A stretch of 64,000 nt of DNA from an uncultured delta proteobacterium (GCA_963810935.1 CAWEPK010000007.1:369811-433810), one strand, 5' to 3'; positions 31,521 through 41,689 are shown, counted from the stretch's first letter. Translations and numbers: made by a program. Notes: generated by a model not told the origin, from the letters alone.

Positions 31521-31608
31521 TGTCACCCCTGGTTGTCACCCCTCCTTGTCACTCCTCCATGTCACCCCTGGTTGTCACTTTGACAGGTTTTGCCGCCTGC
31601 AATAAGCT
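31521..31608 (+). promoter_or_regulatory. Rightward sigma70 promoter with five upstream 13-bp-period TGTCAC sites
   Basis: TGTCAC at 31521, 31534, 31547, 31560, 31573; TTGACA(31580)-17-TAAGCT(31603). Confidence 0.72.
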
Positions 31609-31643
31609 TCTCTCCATGAACACGGCGCAGAAGAAAAAAACCC

Positions 31644-31946
31644 ATGGAGGAGAAGGTAAAGGCAGGCGGCGGGCGGGCGTTGTCAGGGGCTTACGAGGGC
31701 TTCATCGCGCGGCTCGAAGAGCGCATCCCCGACGACCTCCTTGTGGACCAGCTGGAGCGGGAGTTGCGTCTGGGCGGCGAGACTCCGGACCTGAAGGAGA
31801 TGTCGATCAGGCAGAAGGCGCGGCAGGACGTCGAGGCGCACAAGGGCTACAAGCGCGCGGGCGGCCAGGACTCAGACCGCAAAGGCGGGAATACGCTCAT
31901 CGTCAGGATCGTCCGGTTCTCGGAGGTGAAACATGGCGGCAAATAG
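31644..31946 (+). CDS. Putative terminase small subunit
   Basis: Overlaps the terL start; helical body with C-terminal beta strand (NTLIVRIVRF); positional call. Confidence 0.5.
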   Translation: MEEKVKAGGGRALSGAYEGFIARLEERIPDDLLVDQLERELRLGGETPDLKEMSIRQKARQDVEAHKGYKRAGGQDSDRKGGNTLIVRIVRFSEVKHGGK

Positions 31947-33383
31947 AGCGCGGACAAAACCCGCACAAGCCGCGGGCAGCGCATCGGCGCGTCGCGCTCC
32001 GGCCGCTAAACCGAGGGGCCGGAAAGCCCCCGTCCCCGCAGACGCCCCTGTCATCACGCTGCCCCTCGACTGGACCCCGCGCCCCGACCAGCGCTCCCTT
32101 TGGGACTATCTTGAGTCAGGCGGGAAGCGGGCCGTGATGGTGGCGCACAGGCGGTGGGGCAAGGACGAGGTGGGCCTCCACTTTGCGGCAGTCGCGGCAG
32201 TGCAGCGGCCGGGCAACTACTGGCACATGCTGCCCCAGTACGGCCAGGCGCGGCGCGTCATCTGGGAGGCGGTAAACCCGCGCACGGGCCGCCGCCGCAT
32301 CGACGAGGCGTTTCCCCACGAGATCAGGCGCAGGACCATCGACGGCGAGATGCTGATCGAGCTTGCGAACGGCTCGACGTGGCAGCTCGTCGGCTCCGAC
32401 AATTTCGATTCCCTCGTCGGCTCGCCCCCTGTCGGCATCGTCTTCTCCGAGTACGCCCTGGCCGACCCGATGGCGTGGGCCTATTTCCGTCCGATCCTCG
32501 CGGAGAACGGCGGGTGGGCGCTCTTCATTTATACCCCGCGCGGGCGCAACCACGGCAAGACGCTCTACGACTTCGCACGCAGCGAGGAAGGATGGTTCAG
32601 CCAGGTCTTGTCCGCCGCAGACACGCCGGTCTTCGACGCCGTGCGTCCTCGATCGGGAGCGGCGCGAGCTGTGCGCGGAGTTCGGCGAAACCGAAGGCGA
32701 GTTGCTCTACCTTCAGGAATACCAATGCTCCTTCGAGGGGATGGTGCACGGCGCGTATTACGCGAAGCAGCTTGCCGCGGCGCGCTCCGAAGGGCGCATC
32801 GGCCCGGTCCCGCACGCGGCCGGCCACGAGGTCTACACCTTCTGGGACTTGGGCATGGACGATTCGACGTCCATCTGGTTCATGCAGGCGATAGGGCGCG
32901 AGCTGCGCTTCATCGACTATTACGAGGCCGCGGGCGAGGGGCTTGCCCACTACGCTACGGTCCTGAAAGGCAAGCCCTACGTCTACGGCGACCACTACAT
33001 GCCGCACGACGCGGACGTGCGCGAGCTTGGCACAGGCACGAGCCGCAGGGCAACGGCCGAGGCGCTCGGCATCCGGCCCGTCATCGTCGTGCCCAGGCCG
33101 CGCGACACGCAGGCGGTGCTGTCCGGGCATCGAGGCAGGCCGCAACGCCATGTCCCGCTGCTGGTTCGACGCACGCGCCTGTAGCCGGGGCCTTGCCGCC
33201 CTCGAAGGATACAGGGCCGAGTACGACGACGACAAAAAGAAGCTGGCCGACCGGCCGATTCACGACTGGTGCTCGCACGGCGCGGACGCTTATCGGACTT
33301 TTGCGGCGGGCTTTACTCCGCGCGCAACGCAGAGGTCGGTCACGTCAGTGCTGAACAGCATCGATTTCGGAGGGAGATGGTAA
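31933..33383 (+). CDS. Phage terminase large subunit (frameshifts near 32645 and 33125)
   Basis: AHRRWGKD, IVFSEYA, FIYTPRGRNHG, QEYQCSF, WDLGMDDSTSIWF, MPHDA, HDWCSHGADAYR. Confidence 0.92.
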
Positions 33384-35521
33384 TGAACAACGAGCGTGAG
33401 TTTCTTGACATTGCGACGCGGCGGCTGACACGCGAGATCGACGCTGACGACCACAACAGGCAGGCCGCGATAGAAGACCTGAAATTCCTGAACGGCGACC
33501 AGTGGGAGGCATCCGAGGAGCAGCGCCGGCGCCTGCGCGGCAGGCCGTGCCTGCGGACGAACGAGCTCCCCAAATACGTCAACCAGGTCGTGGGCGACAT
33601 GCGCCAGAACCGCGCGCGCGTCAAAGTGCGGCCCGTCGATTCCGCAGGCGACATCCAGATAGCGAAAATCCGCTCCGGCCTCATCGCCAATATCGAATAC
33701 TGCTCCAACGCGGAAGCGATTTACGACTACGCGGGCGAGATGGCGGTCTCGTGCGGCTACGGGGCGTGGCGCATAGGGACGCGTTACACCGAAGACAACC
33801 CGTTCCTCCAGGAAGTCTACGCCGAGCGCATCCGCAACCCTTTCCTCGTCTACATGGACTCGTCCGCAAAATCGGAAGTTTACGCGGACGCCAAATATGG
33901 CTTTGTCCTCGAAAAGGTGACGAAGGAAGAGTTCGAGGAGCGGTTCCCCGGCAAGGAAGCGCCCGGCGACCCCGTCAGGACGGGCAAGGGTGTGGGGCAG
34001 GAAGCGTGGTACGCGCAGGGCGCTTTTTTCATCGCCGACTATTATGTTATCGAGCGCGAAAAAAAGACCGTCTGCCTGATGGGCGACGGCACATTTATGG
34101 ATAAGGCGGAGGCGGAAAGGCTCGCAGACGAATGGCGCAGCCAGGCAGCCGCAGCAGATCGTGAGGCCCAAGCGGCCTTGGAGGCGGCAATCGCCCCAGG
34201 GGCGCCCAGCCCCCTCGATACCCCCGATGGGGCTGCCGGCGACGCCGTAACGCAAGGGGCCGTGGCCCCTGTGCCTTTTCCGCCTCTGCCCCCTTCTCTT
34301 ACGATAGACGACGAGCGCACCGTGGAGGCGCCGAGCGTCAGGTGGTACGCAATCACCGCGAACCAGGTGCTCGACGGCCCGAAGGAGATACCGGGCCGGT
34401 ACATCCCCATCATCGTAGTCAAGGGGCCCGAGCGCAACATCGAGGGCAAGACCCACGTACGCAGCCTGATCCGCGACGCAAAAGACCCGCAGCGCCTCCT
34501 CAATTTCTGGGTCACCGATTCGGCGGAGATCGTCGATATGATCCCGAAGGCGCCGTGGATCGGCACGGCCAGGCAGTTCGAGGGCTACGAGAACGACTAC
34601 GCAGCCGCCAACACGGAGAACTTCCCTTTCCTCAAGTACAACGCCGACCAGGGCGCGCCGCCGCCCTCGCGGGTGGGGATCGGCGGCATACCCGCCGCAG
34701 TCTTCGAACAGATAGGGCAGGCGAAGCAGGCCATTATGGATACGATAGGCATGTTCGCATCCGATCTCGGGGACAGGGGGCCCGAGCTTTCCGGCAAGGC
34801 GATATTGCAGCGCCAGAAGCCGGGCGACGTGGCGACGTTTGCCTTCATCGACAACCTGACGCGCGCCATCGCGCATTCGGGCCGGGTCATTAACGAGATG
34901 ATCCCCCAGGTCTACGACACGGAGCGCGACGTGCGCATCAGGAACGCGGACGAGACGGAAGATTTCACGCCGGTCAACACTACGGCCGGGCGCGCGCTGG
35001 AGGCGCTGGCTGCGCAGCCGGCCCGCTATGCAGGCGTAGACAGGGAGGGCCTTGCGCGCCTCGCGGCAAAATACGGCGCGGGCGCGCGGTACAACGACCT
35101 GACGGCAGGCAGGTACGACGTGGTAGTCAGCACGGGGCCGAGCTACGCCACGCAGAGGCAGGAAGCGGCCGCGTCGCTGGAGCGGCTGGTCGCCGCGTTC
35201 CCGCAGGTGATGGCGGTAGCGGGCGACCTGATCTATAAATTCCAGGATTTTCTCGGGGCGGAGGAGATAGCGGAGCGGATCGAGAGGACCATGCCGCCCA
35301 ACCTTGTGCCTCCCAAGGAGGGCGCGCCCCAAAGGCCCCCGCAGCCCCCGCCCCCACAAATGCAGGTCAAGATGATGGAGATGGAAGTGAAGAGACAGGA
35401 GCTACAGGTCCAGCAGCAGAAACTACAGGTGGAGAAGTTAAAGGCGCTGAAGGAAGCCCAGAGTGAGAACGGTGAAGTGAGGAGTATGCTGCTCGACCTG
35501 CTAAGCGAGGTATTCAGTTGA
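33383..35521 (+). CDS. P22-like portal protein
   Basis: DLKFL.GDQW, RPCL..N, KDPQRL.NFW, SGKAI..RQ, G.YDVVV.TGPSYATQRQEA, C-terminal coiled coil. Confidence 0.92.
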   Translation: MNNEREFLDIATRRLTREIDADDHNRQAAIEDLKFLNGDQWEASEEQRRRLRGRPCLRTNELPKYVNQVVGDMRQNRARVKVRPVDSAGDIQIAKIRSGLIANIEYCSNAEAIYDYAGEMAVSCGYGAWRIGTRYTEDNPFLQEVYAERIRNPFLVYMDSSAKSEVYADAKYGFVLEKVTKEEFEERFPGKEAPGDPVRTGKGVGQEAWYAQGAFFIADYYVIEREKKTVCLMGDGTFMDKAEAERLADEWRSQAAAADREAQAALEAAIAPGAPSPLDTPDGAAGDAVTQGAVAPVPFPPLPPSLTIDDERTVEAPSVRWYAITANQVLDGPKEIPGRYIPIIVVKGPERNIEGKTHVRSLIRDAKDPQRLLNFWVTDSAEIVDMIPKAPWIGTARQFEGYENDYAAANTENFPFLKYNADQGAPPPSRVGIGGIPAAVFEQIGQAKQAIMDTIGMFASDLGDRGPELSGKAILQRQKPGDVATFAFIDNLTRAIAHSGRVINEMIPQVYDTERDVRIRNADETEDFTPVNTTAGRALEALAAQPARYAGVDREGLARLAAKYGAGARYNDLTAGRYDVVVSTGPSYATQRQEAAASLERLVAAFPQVMAVAGDLIYKFQDFLGAEEIAERIERTMPPNLVPPKEGAPQRPPQPPPPQMQVKMMEMEVKRQELQVQQQKLQVEKLKALKEAQSENGEVRSMLLDLLSEVFS

Positions 35522-35522
35522 C

Positions 35523-35692
35523 GGGGGGGCCGGGATCTTTTCGCGGCCTTCGCGTCGTTTTCTCGGGCGCGAGTCCTCACTTGCCACCCGCGCCTGGCAA
35601 GCCCGGAGCGCGGGTACCCGGCTATTATTTTATACGCTGCGGCTCGCTTGGTCGAAAAGCAACGCGAATTCCATCGAAAATCTCTCCGGCCC
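35523..35692 (+). repeat. Palindromic repeat copy 6, with the 41-bp insert (35582-35622)
   Basis: Very similar to copy 2, including the insert; begins 1 bp after the portal stop. Confidence 0.9.
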
Positions 35693-35708
35693 AAGCACGG
35701 TGGGATGA

Positions 35709-35805
35709 GTGACAGGGGTTGTGACAAAACCTGTGACAAAAGTTTGGGGTCGCGGAGTGTAACGCATTGTTATTACGGGTAAAGGGTGTGACAAAATGAG
35801 TGACA
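35709..35805. repeat. Third GTGACA cluster (12-bp period)
   Basis: GTGACA at 35709, 35721, 35733, 35788, 35800. Confidence 0.7.
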
Positions 35806-35978
35806 AAATGCACGGCGGAGCCTGACCCCAATACCTTGATTCCGCTTGTTAGGAAGGACGAATTATTTGTCCGGAGTGCGCTGAAAGCTGGATGAGGAGG
35901 ACGGTATAAAGCGATAACTAACATTTCGGGTTCTCACCCTGGCCCGGCCAGGCTGGGGTGAGACGAAAGCGGACAACG

Positions 35979-36025
35979 AGGACGGCAGTGTAGGTGCCTA
36001 CATCACTTACACTGTCGTCCTTTTT
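35979..36025 (+). terminator. Long hairpin with T-tract between portal and scaffold genes
   Basis: AGGACGGCAGTGTAGGTG-CCTACAT-CACTTACACTGTCGTCCT-TTTT (18-bp stem, two G-U pairs). Confidence 0.65.
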
Positions 36026-36093
36026 GTTCGGCCTGAATTCGTGAGTGTTGCGCGCCATTGCGACCCGCCGACTGGAGCGGCGGTTCACTACTA

Positions 36094-36201
36094 CGTCACC
36101 CCGGCGAAGGCCGGGGTCCAGGACCGCTCCAGGGTTTGGAAATCGCTGGATTCCGGCTCCCGGATTGAAACGTTTCCGGGACAAGCTTCGCGGGAATGAC
36201 G
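36094..36201. repeat. REP-like inverted pair (GTCAYCCCGGCGAAGGCCGGGGTCCAG type)
   Basis: CGTCACCCCGGCGAAGGCCGGGGTCCAG ... CTGGATTCCGGCT-[insert]-TCGCGGGAATGACG. Confidence 0.65.
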
Positions 36202-36299
36202 GAGGAAGAAGGGTGGAATGAGAGAAGACGTTCAGGCGGTGGGGGCCACCAAAGATATTAGCTGCGTCGAAGACATAAAGGCGCAAAAGGAGAAGACGC

Positions 36300-37310
36300 A
36301 TGACAAACGCCGTGGATGAGACCACGAGAGGCCGGGGCGGATACGTTGCCGGCCAGGCCGGAAATGAGGGGTCGGCGCCCTCGATGGAAGAAGGGAGAGG
36401 AACGGACGGGCAGGCCGCATCGCCCGGAATCGGGCAGGCGGAAACGGGCGCCGTTGAAGCTGCCGGCGGGACCGGACCGCAGGAAGCGCCTGATCGGGCG
36501 GGGTCCGGGCCGAGGCAGGAGAGCAGGATCGTGCGCGAGCTGAAAGACCAGCGGAGAAAGAAGCGCGAGGCGCAGGCCGCCGCGGCGTACTGGAAAGGCG
36601 TAGCCGACGGCCGGATGGGCCCGCAAGCTGGCGTGCCGCCGCGCGGCGGCGCTGCATCGCCCGACCCTACGGCCTTCGAGAACCTCGACGACTACGAGGA
36701 CGCGCTCTCCGGATACCCGGACGATGAGGCGGAAGGCGGGCCGGCCGGAAGCACTCTGCTCGACCGGGCCGCGACGGCGCTGTCCGATGGATACCCGTCC
36801 GCTGCGCCCGTTGACGCACTATTACTGCCGCCGCCCGGCGCGCCGGAGACGGACCGCGCATTTTCTGCGCGCATCGCCGAGGCTGCGGCAGGGGAGTTCC
36901 CTGAAATCGCCAATATCGTCAACGACGTAACGCTCCACGTGAGCGGCCCGATGGCGGCAGTCATCAAGGCGTCCGAGGAGGCGCCGGCGCTCCTGCGATA
37001 CTTAGCTGCGCACAGGGACGAGGCGAGGCGCATATACGATCTTGCCCCGACGATGATACTGCCGGACGGCAGGCAGGTCCAGGGGGGCAACCCGCTGGCG
37101 GCCGCAGCGGAGCTGGGCAGGATCGCATCGCGCCTGTCCGCAGGAAAGGAACAACCACATACCAGGCGCGTCTCTTCCGCACCCGAGCCTGTCGTTCCCG
37201 TAGGCGGCGGGTCCGGCACGATCGAGGCGGATGACGAGCGGGTCCCCATCGAGGAGTTCGTCAGGCGGCGGAACGAGGCGCAGTACAGCCATTCAAGGAA
37301 AAGGAGATAA
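36300..37310 (+). CDS. Putative capsid scaffolding protein
   Basis: Between portal and coat; disordered N-terminus, PDP..F...DDY.DAL, AAELGRI..RL, SSAPEPV.PVGG. Confidence 0.75.
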   Translation: MTNAVDETTRGRGGYVAGQAGNEGSAPSMEEGRGTDGQAASPGIGQAETGAVEAAGGTGPQEAPDRAGSGPRQESRIVRELKDQRRKKREAQAAAAYWKGVADGRMGPQAGVPPRGGAASPDPTAFENLDDYEDALSGYPDDEAEGGPAGSTLLDRAATALSDGYPSAAPVDALLLPPPGAPETDRAFSARIAEAAAGEFPEIANIVNDVTLHVSGPMAAVIKASEEAPALLRYLAAHRDEARRIYDLAPTMILPDGRQVQGGNPLAAAAELGRIASRLSAGKEQPHTRRVSSAPEPVVPVGGGSGTIEADDERVPIEEFVRRRNEAQYSHSRKRR

Positions 37311-37313
37311 ACC

Positions 37314-38570
37314 ATGCCGAACACACTGTTAACACCTACGCAGGTTTTGCGCGAGGCATTACGCGTCCTCCACAACAACCTGGTTTTCGTAAAGAACGTC
37401 AACAAGCAGTACAGCCAGGAATTCGCGATATCGGGCGCCAAGGTGGGCGCGACGATCAACGTGCGCCTGCCGAACCGCTATTACGTAACGAAGGGCACGC
37501 AGCTAGCGCCGCAGACGACGAACGAAAGCACCGTCCCTTTGACGCTGTCCACCAACTACCAGGTGGGCCTCAACTTTACGCAGGCAGAGTTAACCCTGTC
37601 GCTGGATGATTTTTCCAAGCGCGTGCTCGTTCCCGCTATGGCGCGGCTGGCCAGCCAGATCGACCAGGACGGCCTCGGGCTCGTGTCGAACGTCTTCAGC
37701 CAGGTGGGCACGCCGGGCACGACACCAGGCACGTCGGGGGGATCATTCGCGAGCCAGCTCCTCGATTACAACGCGCCGCAGGTCTACCTGAACGCGGGCA
37801 TGAAGATGGACAACCTCGCCGCGCCCAGGGACGAGAACCGCTGGTGCGTGCTCAACCCGGCAGCGATGGCTGCGTCAGTCGGCGGCCTGTCCGGCCTCTT
37901 TCAGGATTCCAAGGCATTAGGCGAGCAGTACAGGAAGGGCGTGATAGGCAGCGCGCTGGGCTTCGAGTTCGCTATGGACCAGAACGTCAACATGCTTACG
38001 ACCGGCGCCCACGGCGGCACGCCCGTAGTGACGACCGGCGGCCAGACGGGCGCAACCCTCAACACGTCCGGCTGGACGGATTCCGTGTCCAACATCCTTA
38101 CCGCGGGCGAGATCATCTCCGTGGCCGGGGTGAACTCGGTGAACCCGGAGAACCAGACAACGACGGGCTACGTGCAGAACTTCGTCGTCACGGCCAATTG
38201 CAGCTCCGATTCTTCGGGCAACGTCGCGATCCCCATCTATCCGTCGATCGTCGTGGCGGGGGCGGGCGTGGCGGACGGCACGGTGACTGCGAGCCCGGCC
38301 CCGAACGCACCGGTAACGCTGATGAGCGGGTCGGCGAACACGTCGTACCCGATGAACGTGGCCTATCACCAGGACGCATTCACGCTGGCGACGGCGGACC
38401 TGGAGATGCCGAAGGGCGTCGATTTCGCGGCGCGTGAAACGTACGACGGCGTCTCGATGCTGATCGTGCGGGCGTACGACATCAACTACCAGCAGTTCCC
38501 GTGCAGGATAGACGTGCTTGCGGGATGGGCCTGCCTGCGGCCGGAATTAGCATGTCGGATCACGGGCTAG
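37314..38570 (+). CDS. P22-type major capsid (coat) protein
   Basis: MPNTLLTP..V.REAL..L.NNL, GAKVGATINVRLP, PAMA.LA..ID, RIDVL.GW..LRPELACRI.G. Confidence 0.92.
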   Translation: MPNTLLTPTQVLREALRVLHNNLVFVKNVNKQYSQEFAISGAKVGATINVRLPNRYYVTKGTQLAPQTTNESTVPLTLSTNYQVGLNFTQAELTLSLDDFSKRVLVPAMARLASQIDQDGLGLVSNVFSQVGTPGTTPGTSGGSFASQLLDYNAPQVYLNAGMKMDNLAAPRDENRWCVLNPAAMAASVGGLSGLFQDSKALGEQYRKGVIGSALGFEFAMDQNVNMLTTGAHGGTPVVTTGGQTGATLNTSGWTDSVSNILTAGEIISVAGVNSVNPENQTTTGYVQNFVVTANCSSDSSGNVAIPIYPSIVVAGAGVADGTVTASPAPNAPVTLMSGSANTSYPMNVAYHQDAFTLATADLEMPKGVDFAARETYDGVSMLIVRAYDINYQQFPCRIDVLAGWACLRPELACRITG

Positions 38571-38628
38571 GTTAGTGGGTTTAGGGGCCGGGCGCGAGCT
38601 GTCGGCCCGGCCCCTATAAAGGAGAGCC

Positions 38629-39363
38629 ATGATAATTACGGCACAGCAATTAATCAAGGTCGCGATGCAGGACATCGGCGTGCTGGCCAAGCAGGAGTCG
38701 CCTTCGGCTGACGAAATTGCCGACGGGCTCCTGAAGCTCAACGTCCTTATCGACGCCTGGTCGGTCCGGTCGCTGGTAGTACTGGGGGCCGCGCTGGAAG
38801 GGTTCGCCCTCACAGGCGGCAAGCGCGCCTACACTATCGGCGTTGGGGGCGATTTTTCCACGGAGGAGCCCTCCCGCGTGACGGACGCCTACGTGCGCGA
38901 CGCAGCGGGGACGGACACGCCCCTCGACATCATCACGCAAGGCGAGTACGACCGCCTGCCGGACAAGACGATCTCTTCGGGCAGGCCGATGGCGCTTTTC
39001 TTCGACCCCGGTCCGGTGCAGGCCGCAGTGCCGTCGGGCGTCGTCAACCTGTATCCTGCGCCCGACGCGTCTACGCAGTACACCCTCTACTTGGGGGAGC
39101 AGAAGCCGCTTTCGGAGTTTGCGCGGCCGACGGACGCGGTGACGTTCCAGCCCGCGTACTACGAGGCCCTCGAATACAACCTGGCCCTGCGCCTCTGGCG
39201 GCAGTACCACGAGGAGGACCGCGCCATCCCCCCTGACCTCGTAACGCTGGCGCGCGACGCGATGAAAGTCATCGAGACGATGAGCAGCCGCACCCCGACC
39301 GCAGTTATCGAAGTGCCGGGCAGGCGCGGGCGCTACGGGATCCTGACGGGCGGCGCGGTATGA
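38629..39363 (+). CDS. Head-tail adaptor/DNA stabilization protein (P22 gp4-like position)
   Basis: TA..LIK.A..DIGVL...E.PSADE..DGL..LN..ID.W; Y.EAL.YNLA.RL. Confidence 0.72.
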   Translation: MIITAQQLIKVAMQDIGVLAKQESPSADEIADGLLKLNVLIDAWSVRSLVVLGAALEGFALTGGKRAYTIGVGGDFSTEEPSRVTDAYVRDAAGTDTPLDIITQGEYDRLPDKTISSGRPMALFFDPGPVQAAVPSGVVNLYPAPDASTQYTLYLGEQKPLSEFARPTDAVTFQPAYYEALEYNLALRLWRQYHEEDRAIPPDLVTLARDAMKVIETMSSRTPTAVIEVPGRRGRYGILTGGAV

Positions 39364-39376
39364 GGCGGAGGGCGCT

Positions 39377-40888
39377 ATGAACATACCATTCGTCGGCCCT
39401 ACCTACGCGGGCCGCTCGGGCAATATCGACGCATCGCGCTCCATTAACTTCTACCCGGAGACGAACCCGGCAGGGGCCAAGCAGCCGATGAGCCTTGTCG
39501 GCACGCCGGGTACGTGCCTTTGGGCCTCCCTAGGGGCGCCGCCGGTGCGGGGCATGCACGTGATGAACGGCGTGCTATACGTCGTCGCCGGAGGAAAGCT
39601 CTTTTCCGTGAATGCGGCAGGCGCGCCGTCGTCCGCGCTGGGGTTGCTTGCCACGTCGAGCGGAAGGGTGCTGATGGCGGACAACGGCGCCGGGTCGTCG
39701 GGCGCAGGCGGCAATCAATTGATGATAGCGGACGGCACGGCAGGCTACGTTTACAACACGGCGACGGGCACATTCAGCACAATATCGGGCGGGGGCTTTC
39801 CTGCCGGCGGGGCGGCAGCACTTACATACATCGACGGCTACTTCATCGCATCCGAGGAAGGCAGCATGACCGTCTGCGCGTCCGATCTCTACGACGGCAC
39901 TGTCTGGAACGCGCTTGCCGCATCGCCGGTGTCGGCCGCGCCCGACGCAGTGCAGGCGCTTGCGAACCTCGCCCAGCAGCTCTGGATCATAAAGGAGTAC
40001 ACGTCGGAAGTCTGGTACGACGCGGCCGTGCCGACGAGCCAGGGCTTCCCGTTTATGCGCTTGCCGGGCATGGTGCTTGATTACGGCACGCCCGCGCCCC
40101 ATTCGGTCGCGCGCGGCAGCGACGCGCTCTTCTTCCTGGCTAACCAGAGGAACAACGACGGCGGCGAGTTCGTGGGCGTAGTCGCCCTCTCCGCATCCAC
40201 GCCGCAGATCGTAAGCCCGCCGCAGATCACATACAGGATGGGCCTCTACCCGATGCTCTCTGACGCCTTCGGCTACTGCTACTCGGACGGCGGCCACACA
40301 TTCTACGTGCTCACGTTCCCGTCGGGCAACGCCACGTGGGTCTACGACGCGACGACCGCCATGTGGCACGAGCGCTCCACCTGGACGGGCGAGCAAGCCT
40401 TGAGCGGAGCCACACCCGCAAACGGCGCGGGAATGGCGCCGCAATCCTATCAGATAGGCAGGCACGTGGGCAACTGCTACGCGAACTTCTCAGGGATGCA
40501 CTTGGTGGGCGACTGGCAGAGCGGCGATATCTACGAGATGCGCTCCGACGTCTACACGGACAACGGCCTGCCTCTCGTATCCGTAAGGTGCAGCCAGCAC
40601 CTGTTCGACCCGAACGAGATGGGAAGGCTCTTCGTTCACCGCCTCGTGCTCGACATGGAGACGGGCACTGGCGACGCATCCAGCGGCCTCGTGCCCTCGT
40701 GCGCCCTTTCATGGTCTGACGACGGGGGACATACGTGGTCGTCCGATTACACGGCGTCGATGGGCGCGGCAGGCGGGTACAGAACGCGCGTCGTATGGCG
40801 GAGGCTGGGCTCGTTCCGCGACAGGATATTCCGCATCTCCATATCGGACCCCGTGAAGAGGATCGTCATAGGAGCGTCCACAGAATGA
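39377..40888 (+). CDS. Packaged-DNA stabilization protein (P22 gp10-like tail hub)
   Basis: INFYPE, YIDGYF, GH.FYVLTFP....TWVYD..T..WHER, SDDGGHTWS, WRRLG..RDR.F....SDPVK. Confidence 0.85.
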   Translation: MNIPFVGPTYAGRSGNIDASRSINFYPETNPAGAKQPMSLVGTPGTCLWASLGAPPVRGMHVMNGVLYVVAGGKLFSVNAAGAPSSALGLLATSSGRVLMADNGAGSSGAGGNQLMIADGTAGYVYNTATGTFSTISGGGFPAGGAAALTYIDGYFIASEEGSMTVCASDLYDGTVWNALAASPVSAAPDAVQALANLAQQLWIIKEYTSEVWYDAAVPTSQGFPFMRLPGMVLDYGTPAPHSVARGSDALFFLANQRNNDGGEFVGVVALSASTPQIVSPPQITYRMGLYPMLSDAFGYCYSDGGHTFYVLTFPSGNATWVYDATTAMWHERSTWTGEQALSGATPANGAGMAPQSYQIGRHVGNCYANFSGMHLVGDWQSGDIYEMRSDVYTDNGLPLVSVRCSQHLFDPNEMGRLFVHRLVLDMETGTGDASSGLVPSCALSWSDDGGHTWSSDYTASMGAAGGYRTRVVWRRLGSFRDRIFRISISDPVKRIVIGASTE

Positions 40889-41130
40889 TAAAGCAATTCC
40901 CTTCGACTTCTCTTCCCCTTTCCGATCCAAGCTGGCAGCAGTGGCTTGCCGAAGTTGCGGCGACAGGCGCGTCACTGGCGTGGATCGACCCGACGAACCC
41001 GCAGTTCGGTAAGGCCGAGCCGCCTCACACGCGCGGGATACTGGCATACGCGAACGGGACGGACTGGGACCCGGGCAGCGGGGAGGGCTACTACAGGTGG
41101 ACGGGGCAGGCATGGAAACTGGTGGGTTAA
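40885..41130 (+). CDS. Small phage protein
   Basis: ATGA overlap with the upstream stop; YANGTDWDPGSGEGYY motif. Confidence 0.6.
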   Translation: MIKQFPSTSLPLSDPSWQQWLAEVAATGASLAWIDPTNPQFGKAEPPHTRGILAYANGTDWDPGSGEGYYRWTGQAWKLVG

Positions 41131-41134
41131 GGCG

Positions 41135-41689
41135 ATGCTCGACTACAGGATAGAGGCGCTCGACGACAGGCTCCGTGCCGAGATGGAACATATGGCAAGC
41201 CTTTACTGGCAGGACGTTGCGGCACCCTTCCACGACTTCCCGCCTGACGCGGACTGGGCCTTATACGAAGGGCTGCAAGGCGCGGGGCGCTTGCGGGTTG
41301 TCGCGGGCAGGGACGCCCGTGGCAGGTTAAAAGCCTTCGGCGTCATAGTCATCGGCCCGCACCCGCATTACGCGTGCGTCTACGGCACCGTGCCGCTCGT
41401 CTTCCTCCATCCTGATTTCAGGAAAGGCCCGGAAGGCATGCGTCTCGTGCGCATCTGCGAAAGGGCGGCGGAAGGTGCAGGCGCGCAGCTTTTGATGACG
41501 CACGGCGGAATGCACAACGGCGTCTACAGGCTCTTCGAGGGGATGCATTACGCGGACTTCGGCAAGTATTACGTCAAGGTCCTCAAAAACGGGCCGAACG
41601 GGACATCACCCGTGTACAAAAAAGACGGGACAGGACCCGTCCGCAAAACAAACCCCGGAACGTCGAAATCCGGGAACGAGGAGAGATGA
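41135..41689 (+). CDS. Phage GNAT-like protein
   Basis: PD...Y..LQ..G.L, PHPHY, VFLHPDFRKG..G.RL....E..A...GA. Confidence 0.65.
   Translation: MLDYRIEALDDRLRAEMEHMASLYWQDVAAPFHDFPPDADWALYEGLQGAGRLRVVAGRDARGRLKAFGVIVIGPHPHYACVYGTVPLVFLHPDFRKGPEGMRLVRICERAAEGAGAQLLMTHGGMHNGVYRLFEGMHYADFGKYYVKVLKNGPNGTSPVYKKDGTGPVRKTNPGTSKSGNEER

Noticed and set aside
31206..31585. CRISPR array (also considered for 53878-54038)
   Set aside because: Units are 13 bp with no unique spacers, or only two copies; no cas genes
33290..35359. 689-aa minus-strand ORF and similar long antisense ORFs (e.g. 51427-53196, 60673-61761)
   Set aside because: Shadow frames of well-supported genes in high-GC DNA
35868..35975. 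Hammerhead ribozyme (CTGGATGAG…CGAAA)
   Set aside because: Core is not CUGAUGA and stems I-III cannot be built convincingly
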